This document shows positions 46,736-55,792 of a stretch of DNA of 64,000 nucleotides, in pieces. The DNA comes from Alphaproteobacteria bacterium. GTDB taxonomy: Bacteria > Pseudomonadota > Alphaproteobacteria > JAAXGF01. The notes beneath the pieces are model-generated. The model was not told the DNA's origin. It was given only the letters and a program-made list of their open reading frames with translations, and ran no database searches. Positions within the stretch are counted from its first letter, which is position 1. Every line of letters starts with the position of its first letter. The translations under genes were made by a program, and so were the position numbers. The stretch covers positions 1,472,001-1,536,000 of the forward strand of contig CAUVXB020000002.1 in NCBI GenBank assembly GCA_963555825.3, written 5' to 3'.

Positions 46736-47041
46736 ATGATGCCTGACGGCCGAACGAACGCACCGATTTTGGATGCTTACGGCGTGGGTGATGGCCAATG
46801 CGCGGTCTGGTGCCAACACTGTGGTTGGTGGCACGTTCACGGATCATGCAATACCGTAATCCACGTCGCGGCCCACTGTGCCTGGATGCACCCAATGGAG
46901 GCTCCGCCGGACTTTCCTGGCGATAGCCCATATTTGGAGACCGGCTACTGGCTAAAACCGGCCGGCCCAGCCACGCCTGAGATACTTCGCGACGTGCGGG
47001 GTATACCGCCGCGAGAGCCAGTGATACCAGTGAGCGCCTGA
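46736..47041 (+). CDS. Cys/His-rich hypothetical protein (C-terminus altered by IS630-B)
   Basis: WCQHCGWWHVHG..HVAAHC..SPY..GY. Confidence 0.55.
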   Translation: MMPDGRTNAPILDAYGVGDGQCAVWCQHCGWWHVHGSCNTVIHVAAHCAWMHPMEAPPDFPGDSPYLETGYWLKPAGPATPEILRDVRGIPPREPVIPVSA

Positions 47042-48199
47042 ATTGACTCTCGGGATATTCATTGATGGCGGATGATGGCGGATTGTGATTCTATGGTCTC
47101 CCACCAGATGTGGGGGATGTCATGGGATCAGCACTCAAGATACGGGATGATTTGACGCCTTTGGAGCTTCGGCGCTGGGCTCGCGTGGAATCGTACGGTC
47201 GAGCGGCGGCGCGGGCCTATGGGATCGCGAATGCTTTGGAGGAGATGCCCCGGGCTGATGCCGCGCGGCTTGCGGGGATGGATCGCCAAACGCTTCGCGA
47301 CGCGGTTGTTCGTTACAATGCAAAGGGATTGGAGGGGCTTCACGACCGTCCAAAGGGCTACTCGCCGCGGCGGCTGACGGCAGACGAGGAAGCGGCGCTG
47401 GCGGCGGTCATCATCGCCGGGCCGGAGCCTGAGCGCGACGGGGTTTGCGCCTGGACCCGGGCCGATCTGTGCCGCTGGCTGGAGGAGCGCTTCGCCAAGA
47501 CCTACCACCCCTCGAGCATGACCCGGGTTCTACGGCGGATGGGATTTTCCCGCCAGAAGGCGCGCCCGAGCCACCCGCGAAGGGACGCCGAAGCGCAGGA
47601 GCGCTTCAAAAAAGGGGGCTTCGCGACATCCTGAAGGCGACCGCCGCGGCGCATCCCGACAAGCGCCTACAGCTGTGGTTTCAGGATGAAGCGCGCGTCG
47701 GCAACAAGGGCCGGGTGTGTCACCGGTGGTGGCGCAGGGGCGAGCGTGCCCCCGGGACGCGTCAAATCGGCTACCAGTGGGCCTACATCTTCTCCGCCGT
47801 GCGCCCGGACACCGGCGACGACGTCACCCTGGTGATGCCGAGCGTCAACGCCAAGGTCATGGACCTGTTTCTCGCACACTTCGCCGATACCCTGGACCAG
47901 GATGCGCACGCCGTCATGATGTGCGACGGCGCCGGTTGGCACGACGAGCGCGCCCTCACCGTCCCCGACAACGTCACCTTGGCGCTGTTGCCGCCTTACA
48001 GTCCCGAACTCAACCCCGTCGAGCGGGTTTGGCTCTACCTACGCGAACGCTTCCTATCGCTCCGCGTCCTCGACGACACCGAGGCCATCATCGACGCCTG
48101 TTGCCAAGCATGGATCGACCTCATCGCAGAACCGGATCGTATGCGAACCCTCTGCGCCTATCCATGGATCATGAAGGTGATTTCATAGGCTTACTGGTA
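47025..48199 (+). mobile_element. IS630-B copy 3
   Basis: Same TIRs; TGA duplicated. Confidence 0.92.
47110..48188 (+). CDS. IS630-B transposase (frameshifted orfA/orfB)
   Basis: Identical to copy 1. Confidence 0.88.
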
Positions 48200-48296
48200 T
48201 GAGACATTGAAAGACAGGCAAGGCGGCGGTTACGACCCCAACACCCAAGGTCACCCGGTATCATCGGCGCGGTACATTAGGTAAGTTGTCGGTCCC

Positions 48297-48578
48297 ATGA
48301 CCAAATCACAACTCATAGAGCGACTGGCCATGCAGAATCCGCACCTCACCCACCGCGAGGTGGATCGCCTCGTCAACGCCATCTTCGAGACGATCGCTGC
48401 TGGTTTGGCGCGGGGCGAGCGTATCGAACTCCGTGGGTTCGGTTCCTTCGCCGTCAAGGAGCAAGCCCCGCGAGTTGGCCGCAACCCGCGTACAGGCGAA
48501 ACGGTACACGTGGCGACGAAGCTCCGCCCCTACTTCAGGAGCGGCAAGGAGATACGCAGACGGATCAACGCCACATAA
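48297..48578 (+). CDS. ihfB: Integration host factor beta-like protein
   Basis: MTKSQLI..IELRGFGSF..GRNPRTGETV..PYFRSGKE. Confidence 0.85.
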   Translation: MTKSQLIERLAMQNPHLTHREVDRLVNAIFETIAAGLARGERIELRGFGSFAVKEQAPRVGRNPRTGETVHVATKLRPYFRSGKEIRRRINAT

Positions 48579-48834
48579 GTGTTTGCGATATTGATCGGTC
48601 GCTGCCAGCAAGCTTGCCTATCCGGTTTACGCCCACACCCACTAGGGCTAGAATGGGCGCAAACCGGATATAGGGGAGCGCGCCATGGATGTTCTCGACC
48701 GCGCCGATCTCCCATTTGAGAACGGCAGAGCAATAATCCCCCACTGAAGCGGCCGGTCGATCCGACTGCGGCGGACCAAAATGGGACCGCGTATAGCCTT
48801 CTGTCAGGGTTGCTCTGACTGGAAGGCGGGGGGG

Positions 48835-50334
48835 ATGTATCGGGTGGAGTTGTACGCACGGGTTCGGCGGGCGTGTCATGTCGAGGGGATGAGCACCCGC
48901 GAGGCCTCGCGGGTGTTTGGTGTAGACCGCAAGACGGTCCGTAAGATGCTGTCGTTCTCGGTGCCGCCAGGGTATCGCCGAAGCGCGCCGCCGAGGCGGC
49001 CAAAGCTGGGTCCGTTCACGGGAATCATCGATCGGATCTTGGAAGACGATCGGACCAGCCACCGCAAGCAACGGCACACTGCGAAGCGCATCTTCGACCG
49101 CCTCCGGGACGAGTACGGTTTCACGGGCGGCTACACCATCGTGAAGGACTACGTTCGTGAGCAGGGGCTTCGGTCGCGTGAGGTGTTCGTGCCACTCTCC
49201 CATTCCCCCGGTCACGCCCAGGCGGACTTCGGCGAAGCGATGGCGGTGATCGGCGGCGCGTTACGGAAGATCCACTTCCTTGCCTTCGACCTTCCCCACA
49301 GTGATGGTTGCTTTGTTGCGGCCTATCCGGCGGAGACGACCGAAGCATTCTGCGATGGCCACAACGCGGCGTTTGCCTTCTTCGGCGGCGTCCCCCGATC
49401 CATCCTGTACGACAACACCAAGCTGGCGGTTGCCCGGATCCTGGGCGATGGGAAGCGGCAGCGAACGCGCGTCTTCACGGAGCTTCAGTCCCACTATCTG
49501 TTCGAGGACAGGTTCGGCCGGCCGGGCAAGGGCAACGACAAGGGCAAGGTCGAGGGACTGGTCGGCTTCATCCGGCGGAACTTCCTGGTCCCCGTCCCGC
49601 GTGCCGAGAGCTTCGCGGCCCTCAACGATGCTCTCGCCGAACAGTGCCGCCGGCGCCAGGCGGCGCGGCTGCGGGGCCACAAGGAGACCATCGGCGAGCG
49701 TCTCGAGCGGGATCGTCAAGTTCTCTTGCCATTGCCGCCTGCTCCCTATGATGCCTGCGATAAGCGCCCTGGACGGGCGAGTTCGCTGTCGCTGGTGCGT
49801 TACCGCAGCAACGACTATTCCGTGCCCGTGGCCTACGGCCACCGTGAGGTGCTCATCCGGGGCTACGTCGATGAGGTGGTGATCAGCTGCGGGGCCGAGG
49901 TGATCGCCCGGCACCGCCGGTCCTACGACAGCGAGGACCTGATCTTCGACCCGCTGCATTACCTGCCCTTGATCGAGCAGAAGATCGGCGCCCTCGACCA
50001 GGCCGCGCCATTGGCGGGCTGGGACCTGCCCGAGGCCTTCATCACTCTGCGGCGGCTCCTCGAAGCTCGTATGGGCAAGGCAGGCAAGCGCGAGTACGTC
50101 CAGGTGCTCCGTCTACTGGAGACCTTCCGGCTCGAGGAGGTCGAGGGTGCGGTCGGCGACGCCCTGCGGCTCGGCGCAATCGGCTTTGATGCGGTGAAGC
50201 ACCTGGTACTGTGCCGCATCGAGCGGCGGCCGCCCAGGCTCAACCTCGACGTCTATCCGTATCTGCCGCGCGCCCGGGTCGCGATGACGTCCGCCAAGTC
50301 GTACATGAGCCTGCTGTCGGGGCTCGGCGCATGA
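48835..50334 (+). CDS. istA: IS21 transposase IstA
   Basis: AQADFG, YDNTK, KGKVE. Confidence 0.94.
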   Translation: MYRVELYARVRRACHVEGMSTREASRVFGVDRKTVRKMLSFSVPPGYRRSAPPRRPKLGPFTGIIDRILEDDRTSHRKQRHTAKRIFDRLRDEYGFTGGYTIVKDYVREQGLRSREVFVPLSHSPGHAQADFGEAMAVIGGALRKIHFLAFDLPHSDGCFVAAYPAETTEAFCDGHNAAFAFFGGVPRSILYDNTKLAVARILGDGKRQRTRVFTELQSHYLFEDRFGRPGKGNDKGKVEGLVGFIRRNFLVPVPRAESFAALNDALAEQCRRRQAARLRGHKETIGERLERDRQVLLPLPPAPYDACDKRPGRASSLSLVRYRSNDYSVPVAYGHREVLIRGYVDEVVISCGAEVIARHRRSYDSEDLIFDPLHYLPLIEQKIGALDQAAPLAGWDLPEAFITLRRLLEARMGKAGKREYVQVLRLLETFRLEEVEGAVGDALRLGAIGFDAVKHLVLCRIERRPPRLNLDVYPYLPRARVAMTSAKSYMSLLSGLGA

Positions 50335-51095
50335 CCGACACACCGCAAGTGCTGCTCGCCCACCACCTCAAGACGCTGAAGCTGCCGACCTTCCTGCGCG
50401 AGTACGACAAGATCGCCCGGCAGTGCGCCTCGGAAGGCGTCGATCACGTCCGCTACCTGTTGAGACTCGCCGAGCTCGAGCTGATCGACCGCGAGCGCCG
50501 CATGGTCGAGCGGCGCATCAAGGCGGCGCGCTTCCCCGTGGTCAAGAGCCTCGACAGCTTCGACTTCAAGGTCATCCCCTCGCTCAACAAGGCGCTGGTC
50601 CTGGAGCTGGCCCGCTGCGAGTACATCGAGCGCCGCGAGAACCTCATCGCGCTCGGCAACAGTGGGACCGGCAAGACCCACATCGCCCTCGGTCTCGGCC
50701 TGGCGGCCTGCCAGAAGGGCCTCTCGGTCGGCTTCATCACCGCCGCCGCGCTGGTCCACGAACTCATCGAGGCCCGCGATGACAAGCAGCTGCTGAGGTT
50801 CCAGAAGAAGCTCGCCACCTACAAGCTTCTGATCGTCGACGAACTCGGCTTCGTGCCGCTGTCGAAGACCGGCGCCGAGCTGTTGTTCGAGGTGTTCAGC
50901 CAACGCTACGAGCGGGGCTCGACCCTGGTCACCACCAATCTGCCCTTCGACGAATGGACCGAGGTGTTCGGCTCCGAGCGCCTCACCGGCGCGCTCCTCG
51001 ATCGCCTCACCCACCACGTCAACATCCTCGAGATGAACGGTGACAGCTACAGGCTCAACCAGAGCCGCAGGCGTCAAACCCCGACTGCTAACTGA
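50331..51095 (+). CDS. istB: IS21 helper ATPase IstB
   Basis: Walker A GNSGTGKT, Walker B IVDELG; ATGA overlap. Confidence 0.94.
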   Translation: MTDTPQVLLAHHLKTLKLPTFLREYDKIARQCASEGVDHVRYLLRLAELELIDRERRMVERRIKAARFPVVKSLDSFDFKVIPSLNKALVLELARCEYIERRENLIALGNSGTGKTHIALGLGLAACQKGLSVGFITAAALVHELIEARDDKQLLRFQKKLATYKLLIVDELGFVPLSKTGAELLFEVFSQRYERGSTLVTTNLPFDEWTEVFGSERLTGALLDRLTHHVNILEMNGDSYRLNQSRRRQTPTAN

Positions 51096-52461
51096 ACCGA
51101 CCACCCAGCCCACGCTTGACCCCGTGGGCCCACAGGTCCCTCCCGCGCGCGCCGCCGCGTCAGCCTGTTGAGGGCACGCCGCGTCGCGCGCGGGGCCCTC
51201 CCGTGGACTACGGGGACAAGCCCGCAGCCGCCAAGCGGTCCCTTCTTACACCGCCGAGGTGGTCCCTTTTTGCTCCGCCATTGACACCCGAGTTCCAGCG
51301 ACTTTTCCCCGATGATGCGGCCTGCGCCGCCTACCTGGAGAAAGCCCGCTGGGGAGACGGCTTTGCCTGCCCGCACTGCGGCACGGCGGGAGAGCCGTTC
51401 CACTTTGAAAACCGCCCTGGCGTCCTGCGCTGCCGCAAGTGCCGCCAGAACACCGGGCTGACGGTGGGAACAGTGATGGAGCATAGCCACACTCCGCTGA
51501 ACGTCTGGTTCTGGGCCGCTTATCTGGTCGCCAGTCAGACGCCCGGCATGTCCGCCGTGCAGTTTCAGCGGCAACTTGGTCTTTCGCGCTACGAGACGGC
51601 CTTTCAAATTCTCCACAAGCTCCGCTCGGGCATGGTGCGGCCCAACCAAGACAGGATCGGTGGACAGCCCAAGAACCATGTTGAGGTGGACGAAACCTGG
51701 GTTGGCGGGCGAACGCGTGGGGAAGGCCGTGGTGTTCACCACAAGGTTCTCGTCTCCTGTGCCATCGAGGTGCGTCATCGAAAGCCGGGCACCAAGCTCG
51801 ACAACCGGAAAGACGGACGCTATGCCGGACGCGTTCGGCTCGCCGTCGTGCTCGACCGTAGCGCCGAGTCGCTCTGTGGGTTCGTCGAGAGCACCGTCGC
51901 GCCGGGATCGCTGATCGTTACTGACGATTGGAGCGGCTATGCTGGCCTCGGTAAGCGCGGCTATGAGCACTTCGCTGTTGCCGAGTGTGGTGATCCAGAG
52001 GTTGCCGAGCAATACCTGCCGATCATCCATCTGGTTTTCGCCAACCTGAAGACGTGGCTGATCGGTATCCACCACGGCGTTAGCCACCAGCACCTACAAG
52101 CCTACCTCAACGAGTTCACCTTCCGCTTCAACAGGCGGTTCTACCCGTTCAACGCCTTCCGCTCATTGCTCGGCATCGCGGGCGACACCTCTGCTCCAAC
52201 CTATGCCGAGCTTTACTCGGGAGAGTGGCGGCACCCTACATGTAGCGGTCATGGGCGTTAACCGGATAGGCAAGCCAGCAAGCAACGAGAAGCCAGACGG
52301 GCGACGCTTGCCGATAAATGTCCGTGACAGCATGTAGAGCGGACCGACGCTCCCAAAGGTGCCCTCTCCAGATCGCCCATAGGGCTGCCACAGACAGCCG
52401 GAAATTCCTCGGTAGCAGCTCGTGTGACCCCAACCAGACCAAGCACCCTCACCGAGGTCGC

Positions 52462-52538
52462 GATGTCTCCTCCTGGCTAGAAGCTGACGTCGAAACACCT
52501 CACGACGGGCGGCCGCTTAGCGCTTGGGAGCGGACATC
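52462..52538. repeat. Double-hairpin repeat R3 (30+16+31 nt), uninterrupted
   Basis: gatgtctcctcctggctagaagctgacgtc-N16-ggcggccgcttagcgcttgggagcggacatc. Confidence 0.7.
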
Positions 52539-52590
52539 GGTACGCCGCGCGCCGGGGACGCTCGGCAACGCGTCTGACCGGCGCCGGCGC

Positions 52591-53181
52591 TCAGGCCGGC
52601 GGCACGCGGGGGTCGTCGGCGTGCAGCCAGCGGCGGCGCGCGATCAGGGCGTCGGTGCGGTTGCCCAGCGTCGCCATGTCGGCACCGGCGGAACGCCACG
52701 CGGTACGGCGCGCCGCGACGTCGTCGACGCGGTCCGCCCATTCGGGCCCGAACAGCCCTTCCAGATAGCGCCGGATGCGCTTGGCGAGGCCCGGACTGCG
52801 GCCGTTGGTCGAGACCGTCAGCGTCAGGTCGCCGCGGCGCACCACCGCGGGGACATGGACGTCGCACCACGGCTTGCGATCCTCGACGTTGACCAGGATG
52901 CCCATGGCGCGCGCCAGGCCGGCGAGCGCCGCGGCCGCGCCGTCGTCGAGCCCGGCGACCAGCAGCAGGCGCACGCCGACCAGATCGGCCGCCGTCGGCA
53001 GGCGACGCCGGAGGCGCGGGCCCGCCGCGGCGGAAAGCGCCGCGTCCGGTGTCTCGGCAAACACCGTGACATGCGCCGCGCCCGCCGCATCGAGGCCGTC
53101 GAGGCGGCGGCAAAGCGCCGGTCCGCCGCCGGCCAGCGCGACCGGCAGCCTGGCGACGTCGAGTGTCAGGGGGTACATCAC
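52591..53181 (-). CDS. Precorrin-2 dehydrogenase/sirohydrochlorin ferrochelatase (CysG N-terminal type)
   Basis: MYPLTLD, LVNVED..CD..PAVVRRGDL..VSTNGRSPGLA. Confidence 0.88.
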   Translation of the reverse strand: MMYPLTLDVARLPVALAGGGPALCRRLDGLDAAGAAHVTVFAETPDAALSAAAGPRLRRRLPTAADLVGVRLLLVAGLDDGAAAALAGLARAMGILVNVEDRKPWCDVHVPAVVRRGDLTLTVSTNGRSPGLAKRIRRYLEGLFGPEWADRVDDVAARRTAWRSAGADMATLGNRTDALIARRRWLHADDPRVPPA

Positions 53182-55322
53182 TCGGCCGCCACCAGGCCGC
53201 CGGCCTGGGCGCGCGCCGCCGGGTCGACATCGCCGAGCTTCGACAAATCGAGGTTGGCGAAGGGCAGCGGCCGTTTGGCGATCTCGCCCACGGTATCGAT
53301 CAGCAGTGCGACCGTCTCGCGGTAGGTGTCGAGGGCGCCACCGTTGCGCGCGGCGGCCTCATGCGTGGTCACCGCGTCGATCGCGTAGAGCACCTCGCCC
53401 TCGTCGGCATACGACCCGCGCGCCTGGGCGGCCAGTTCGTCGGCGCCCTGCGCGTCGTCGGTCGCCACCGCGACACGGAGCAGCAGGCGCCGCGACGCGT
53501 ACGCCAGGGCGTCGCGGCCGCCCGCGATGGCGGCTGAACGGCTTTGCGCAGCGATCGCCCGGTCGAGGGTGATCAGCGCGTCGTCGGCGAGGTCGCGGTA
53601 GAGATTGTCGAGCGCGAAGCCGGCGGCGCACTCACCGTGGGCGATCGACGGCGGCTCGAACCACTCGGAATGGCCCCAGTCGATGTAGACGTCCTTGTCC
53701 TCGGTCGAGAGCGTGCCCTCGAGCGGCGCGAGCAGCTCGGCGAGCCCTGCCTTGCCGAGCCGGGTGGCCCAACCGCGCACGCTTTCCGCGCCCTCTCTGT
53801 CGGCGGCGTAACCGTCGAGGAACAGCTTGAGCGCCTGCTTGGCGTGGCGCGCCGGAACGATCGGCCCGCGCAGGCCGATGGCGCCCGCCTCGCGCGCATT
53901 GCCGCCGATGTAGATCTGGTAATGCGGCGCGTTGCGGCCGGCGATCTTCTTGCCCATGCCGCGGAAGCCGAAGTCGGCGACATGGTGCATGCCACAGGAA
54001 TTCTGGCAGCCCGAGAGGCGCACCGTGAGTCCCGGCAGGGGCGCGTAGTTGGTGACGTCGGCGACGATCTCGCGGGCGAAGTCCTGCGAATTGGTGATGC
54101 CGATGCGGCAGCTCGTCGTGCCCGGGCAGGAGACCACGTCGGCCACGTCGCCGACGTTGTCCTCGACCGGCACGCCGAGGCCGCGCACCGCGTCGACGAC
54201 GTCGCCGACCAGTTGGGCGTCGATGCCGAGGATGGCGATGTTCTGTTCGCGCGTCGTGCGCAGGCCCTCGGCGGCGTAGCGCCCGGCGATGTCGGCGAGG
54301 CCGTCGAGCTGGTCGGCGGACAAGAGCCCGAGCGGCAAGTTGGCGACCACGCTCATCCGCCCGTTGTGCTGCGAGACGACGCCGCCGGGCGATTTGGGCT
54401 CGGGCGCGTCGGTCGGCTGGCGCCACGTCTGCGGCTGCCAGGGGCGCTGGGGCAGCGCCTTGGCGCGCGCGAATTCCTCGGCGAACAATTCGCGGAACTT
54501 CTCCTCGCCGAAGCGCTTGACCAGGTACTTGATGCGTGCGGCGTTGCGGTTCTTGCGGTTCGAATAGCGCTGGTGGAGCCGGACCAGCGCCTCGAGCACG
54601 GCCGGCAGCTCGTCCTCGGTGGCGAAGTCGGCGAGCTCGACCGCGGTGAACGGGACGCCGCCCAGGCCGCCACCGCCGTAGACCACAAAGCCCTTGCGGC
54701 CGTCCTTCTCGGTCGCGACCAGGCCGAGGTCGTGGATCGACGACGCGCCGCAGTCGGTCGCGCAGCCCGACACCGAGATCTTGAACTTGCGCGGCATATG
54801 CTGGACCAGCGGATTGCGGATCCAGCTGCGCGCCAGCTCGTCGGCGACCTTGCCGGCGTCGACGTGCTCGCGCGGGCAGACGCCCGAAAGTGCGCAGGAC
54901 GAGATGTTGCGAACCGTGTTGCCGCAGGCCTCGCGCGTCGTCAGCCCGGCCTCGTCGAGCTCGGCCAGCATGGCCGGCGCGTCGTCGAGCGGCACGTAAT
55001 AGATCTGGAAGTCCTGGCGCGTCGTCACATGCGCATCGCCCTTGGCAAAAGTCCGCGTGACATGGGCCACCTTGCGCGCCCATTCGGGCGACAGCAGCCC
55101 GCCGGGCACCTTGATGCGGACCATCTGGACACCCGGCTGGCGCTGGCCATAAACGCCGAAGCGCAGCCTAAACGCGGTGAACTTCTCGTCGTCCCAGTCG
55201 CCCGCGCGGTAGGCGTCGAGCGCGTCGCGGAATTCGACGACGTCGGCGGTGCGCGCGAGCGGCTCGGGCGCGGCGCCATTGGGAGTCGGAGTGGGAGTGG
55301 GAGCGATGGCGTCGAGCGGCAT
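53178..55322 (-). CDS. Siroheme sulfite/nitrite reductase (probably assimilatory sulfite reductase)
   Basis: RFGVYGQRQ, TTRQDFQ, CGNTVRN, PRKFK, SCPGTTSC, SGCQNSCG; SAM-II control favours sulfite. Confidence 0.88.
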   Translation of the reverse strand: MPLDAIAPTPTPTPNGAAPEPLARTADVVEFRDALDAYRAGDWDDEKFTAFRLRFGVYGQRQPGVQMVRIKVPGGLLSPEWARKVAHVTRTFAKGDAHVTTRQDFQIYYVPLDDAPAMLAELDEAGLTTREACGNTVRNISSCALSGVCPREHVDAGKVADELARSWIRNPLVQHMPRKFKISVSGCATDCGASSIHDLGLVATEKDGRKGFVVYGGGGLGGVPFTAVELADFATEDELPAVLEALVRLHQRYSNRKNRNAARIKYLVKRFGEEKFRELFAEEFARAKALPQRPWQPQTWRQPTDAPEPKSPGGVVSQHNGRMSVVANLPLGLLSADQLDGLADIAGRYAAEGLRTTREQNIAILGIDAQLVGDVVDAVRGLGVPVEDNVGDVADVVSCPGTTSCRIGITNSQDFAREIVADVTNYAPLPGLTVRLSGCQNSCGMHHVADFGFRGMGKKIAGRNAPHYQIYIGGNAREAGAIGLRGPIVPARHAKQALKLFLDGYAADREGAESVRGWATRLGKAGLAELLAPLEGTLSTEDKDVYIDWGHSEWFEPPSIAHGECAAGFALDNLYRDLADDALITLDRAIAAQSRSAAIAGGRDALAYASRRLLLRVAVATDDAQGADELAAQARGSYADEGEVLYAIDAVTTHEAAARNGGALDTYRETVALLIDTVGEIAKRPLPFANLDLSKLGDVDPAARAQAGGLVAAE

Positions 55323-55378
55323 GGCGACCTCCTGGCGGGTCCATCACGTTGCTGGGCCCACGGAGATCGCTCTCCGTG

Positions 55379-55430
55379 GCGCTTTAGCGTTTGGTGTCGC
55401 GGCGCAAGCTGCCCATCAAATCCCGCGGGT
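55379..55430 (-). promoter_or_regulatory. SAM-II-type riboswitch (downstream of tandem pair, variant)
   Basis: Minus strand cgcggGAUUUG..GCUUGCgccgcg acaccAAAcGCUAAAG. Confidence 0.72.
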
Positions 55431-55469
55431 CCTAAGTGGATTGCCCACCCTCGAGGCCGGACCGGGCCA

Positions 55470-55503
55470 TAAAAAAACTCCGCCGCAGCTGAGCTGGACG
55501 GAG
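55470..55503 (-). terminator. Intrinsic terminator between the two aptamers
   Basis: Minus strand ctccg-tc-cagctcagctg-cgg-cggag followed by T7. Confidence 0.75.
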
Positions 55504-55512
55504 CGCCGTCAT

Positions 55513-55566
55513 CGCTTTAGCTGCATTTGTATCGCGCCCGCAATCTGGTTTTCAAATCGGCGCGTG
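55513..55566 (-). promoter_or_regulatory. SAM-II riboswitch (upstream of tandem pair)
   Basis: Minus strand cgcgccGAUUUG..AUUGCgggcgcg auacAAAugcaGCUAAAG. Confidence 0.85.
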
Positions 55567-55574
55567 GGAGATAT

Positions 55575-55602
55575 TTAATATCGGAACCAAGCCACCTGTC
55601 AA
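55575..55602 (-). promoter_or_regulatory. Sigma70-type promoter for sulfite reductase leader
   Basis: TTGACA-16-TATTAA just upstream of first aptamer. Confidence 0.55.
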
Positions 55603-55629
55603 TCGTGATTCTGCATGGGTGCCATGCAT

Positions 55630-55725
55630 TTTTGGTGACGCAAAGCCACAAGTGGCTTTGCTTCGCTCATTCGCTGCGCAGGCCATTCTTCATCCCACAA
55701 GGACTGGCCGAACGGTCGGCGGCCT
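55630..55725. repeat. Dispersed approx. 100-bp repeat (copy 3)
   Basis: Similar to 284-350 and 25187-26458. Confidence 0.65.
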
Positions 55726-55792
55726 GCGGTCGCAGGCTGTGACGGCCAAATCGCCCCCGTCGATTCGGCGGAAACGGGTACAATGAGGCGCA

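Larger units (their letters stand above)
48717..51286 (+). mobile_element. IS21-family element copy 2 (intact, 2570 bp)
   Basis: TG..CA ends with internal repeats; istA-istB. Confidence 0.93.
48685..52261 (+). pseudogene. IS1595-family transposase split after codon 10-11
   Basis: MDVLDRADLP|..PEFQ..CPHCG..CRKC, EVDETW, TDDW, YLNEF.FRFNRR. Confidence 0.85.
48613..52274 (+). mobile_element. IS1595-family element interrupted by IS21
   Basis: TIR cttgcctatccggtt/aaccggataggcaag; 8-bp TSD ccagcaag. Confidence 0.88.

Noticed and set aside
26459-51286. Inversion or composite transposon between the inverted IS21 copies
   Set aside because: The IS1595 gene continues on both sides of copy 2 and swapped flanks give no convincing TSD
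30497-52540. Classical integron
   Set aside because: No IntI or other tyrosine recombinase in the window, and the repeats lack RYYYAAC..GTTRRRY ends
55280-55304. ggagt(g/c) hexamer repeat
   Set aside because: Simply encodes a Pro-Thr linker at the reductase N-terminus
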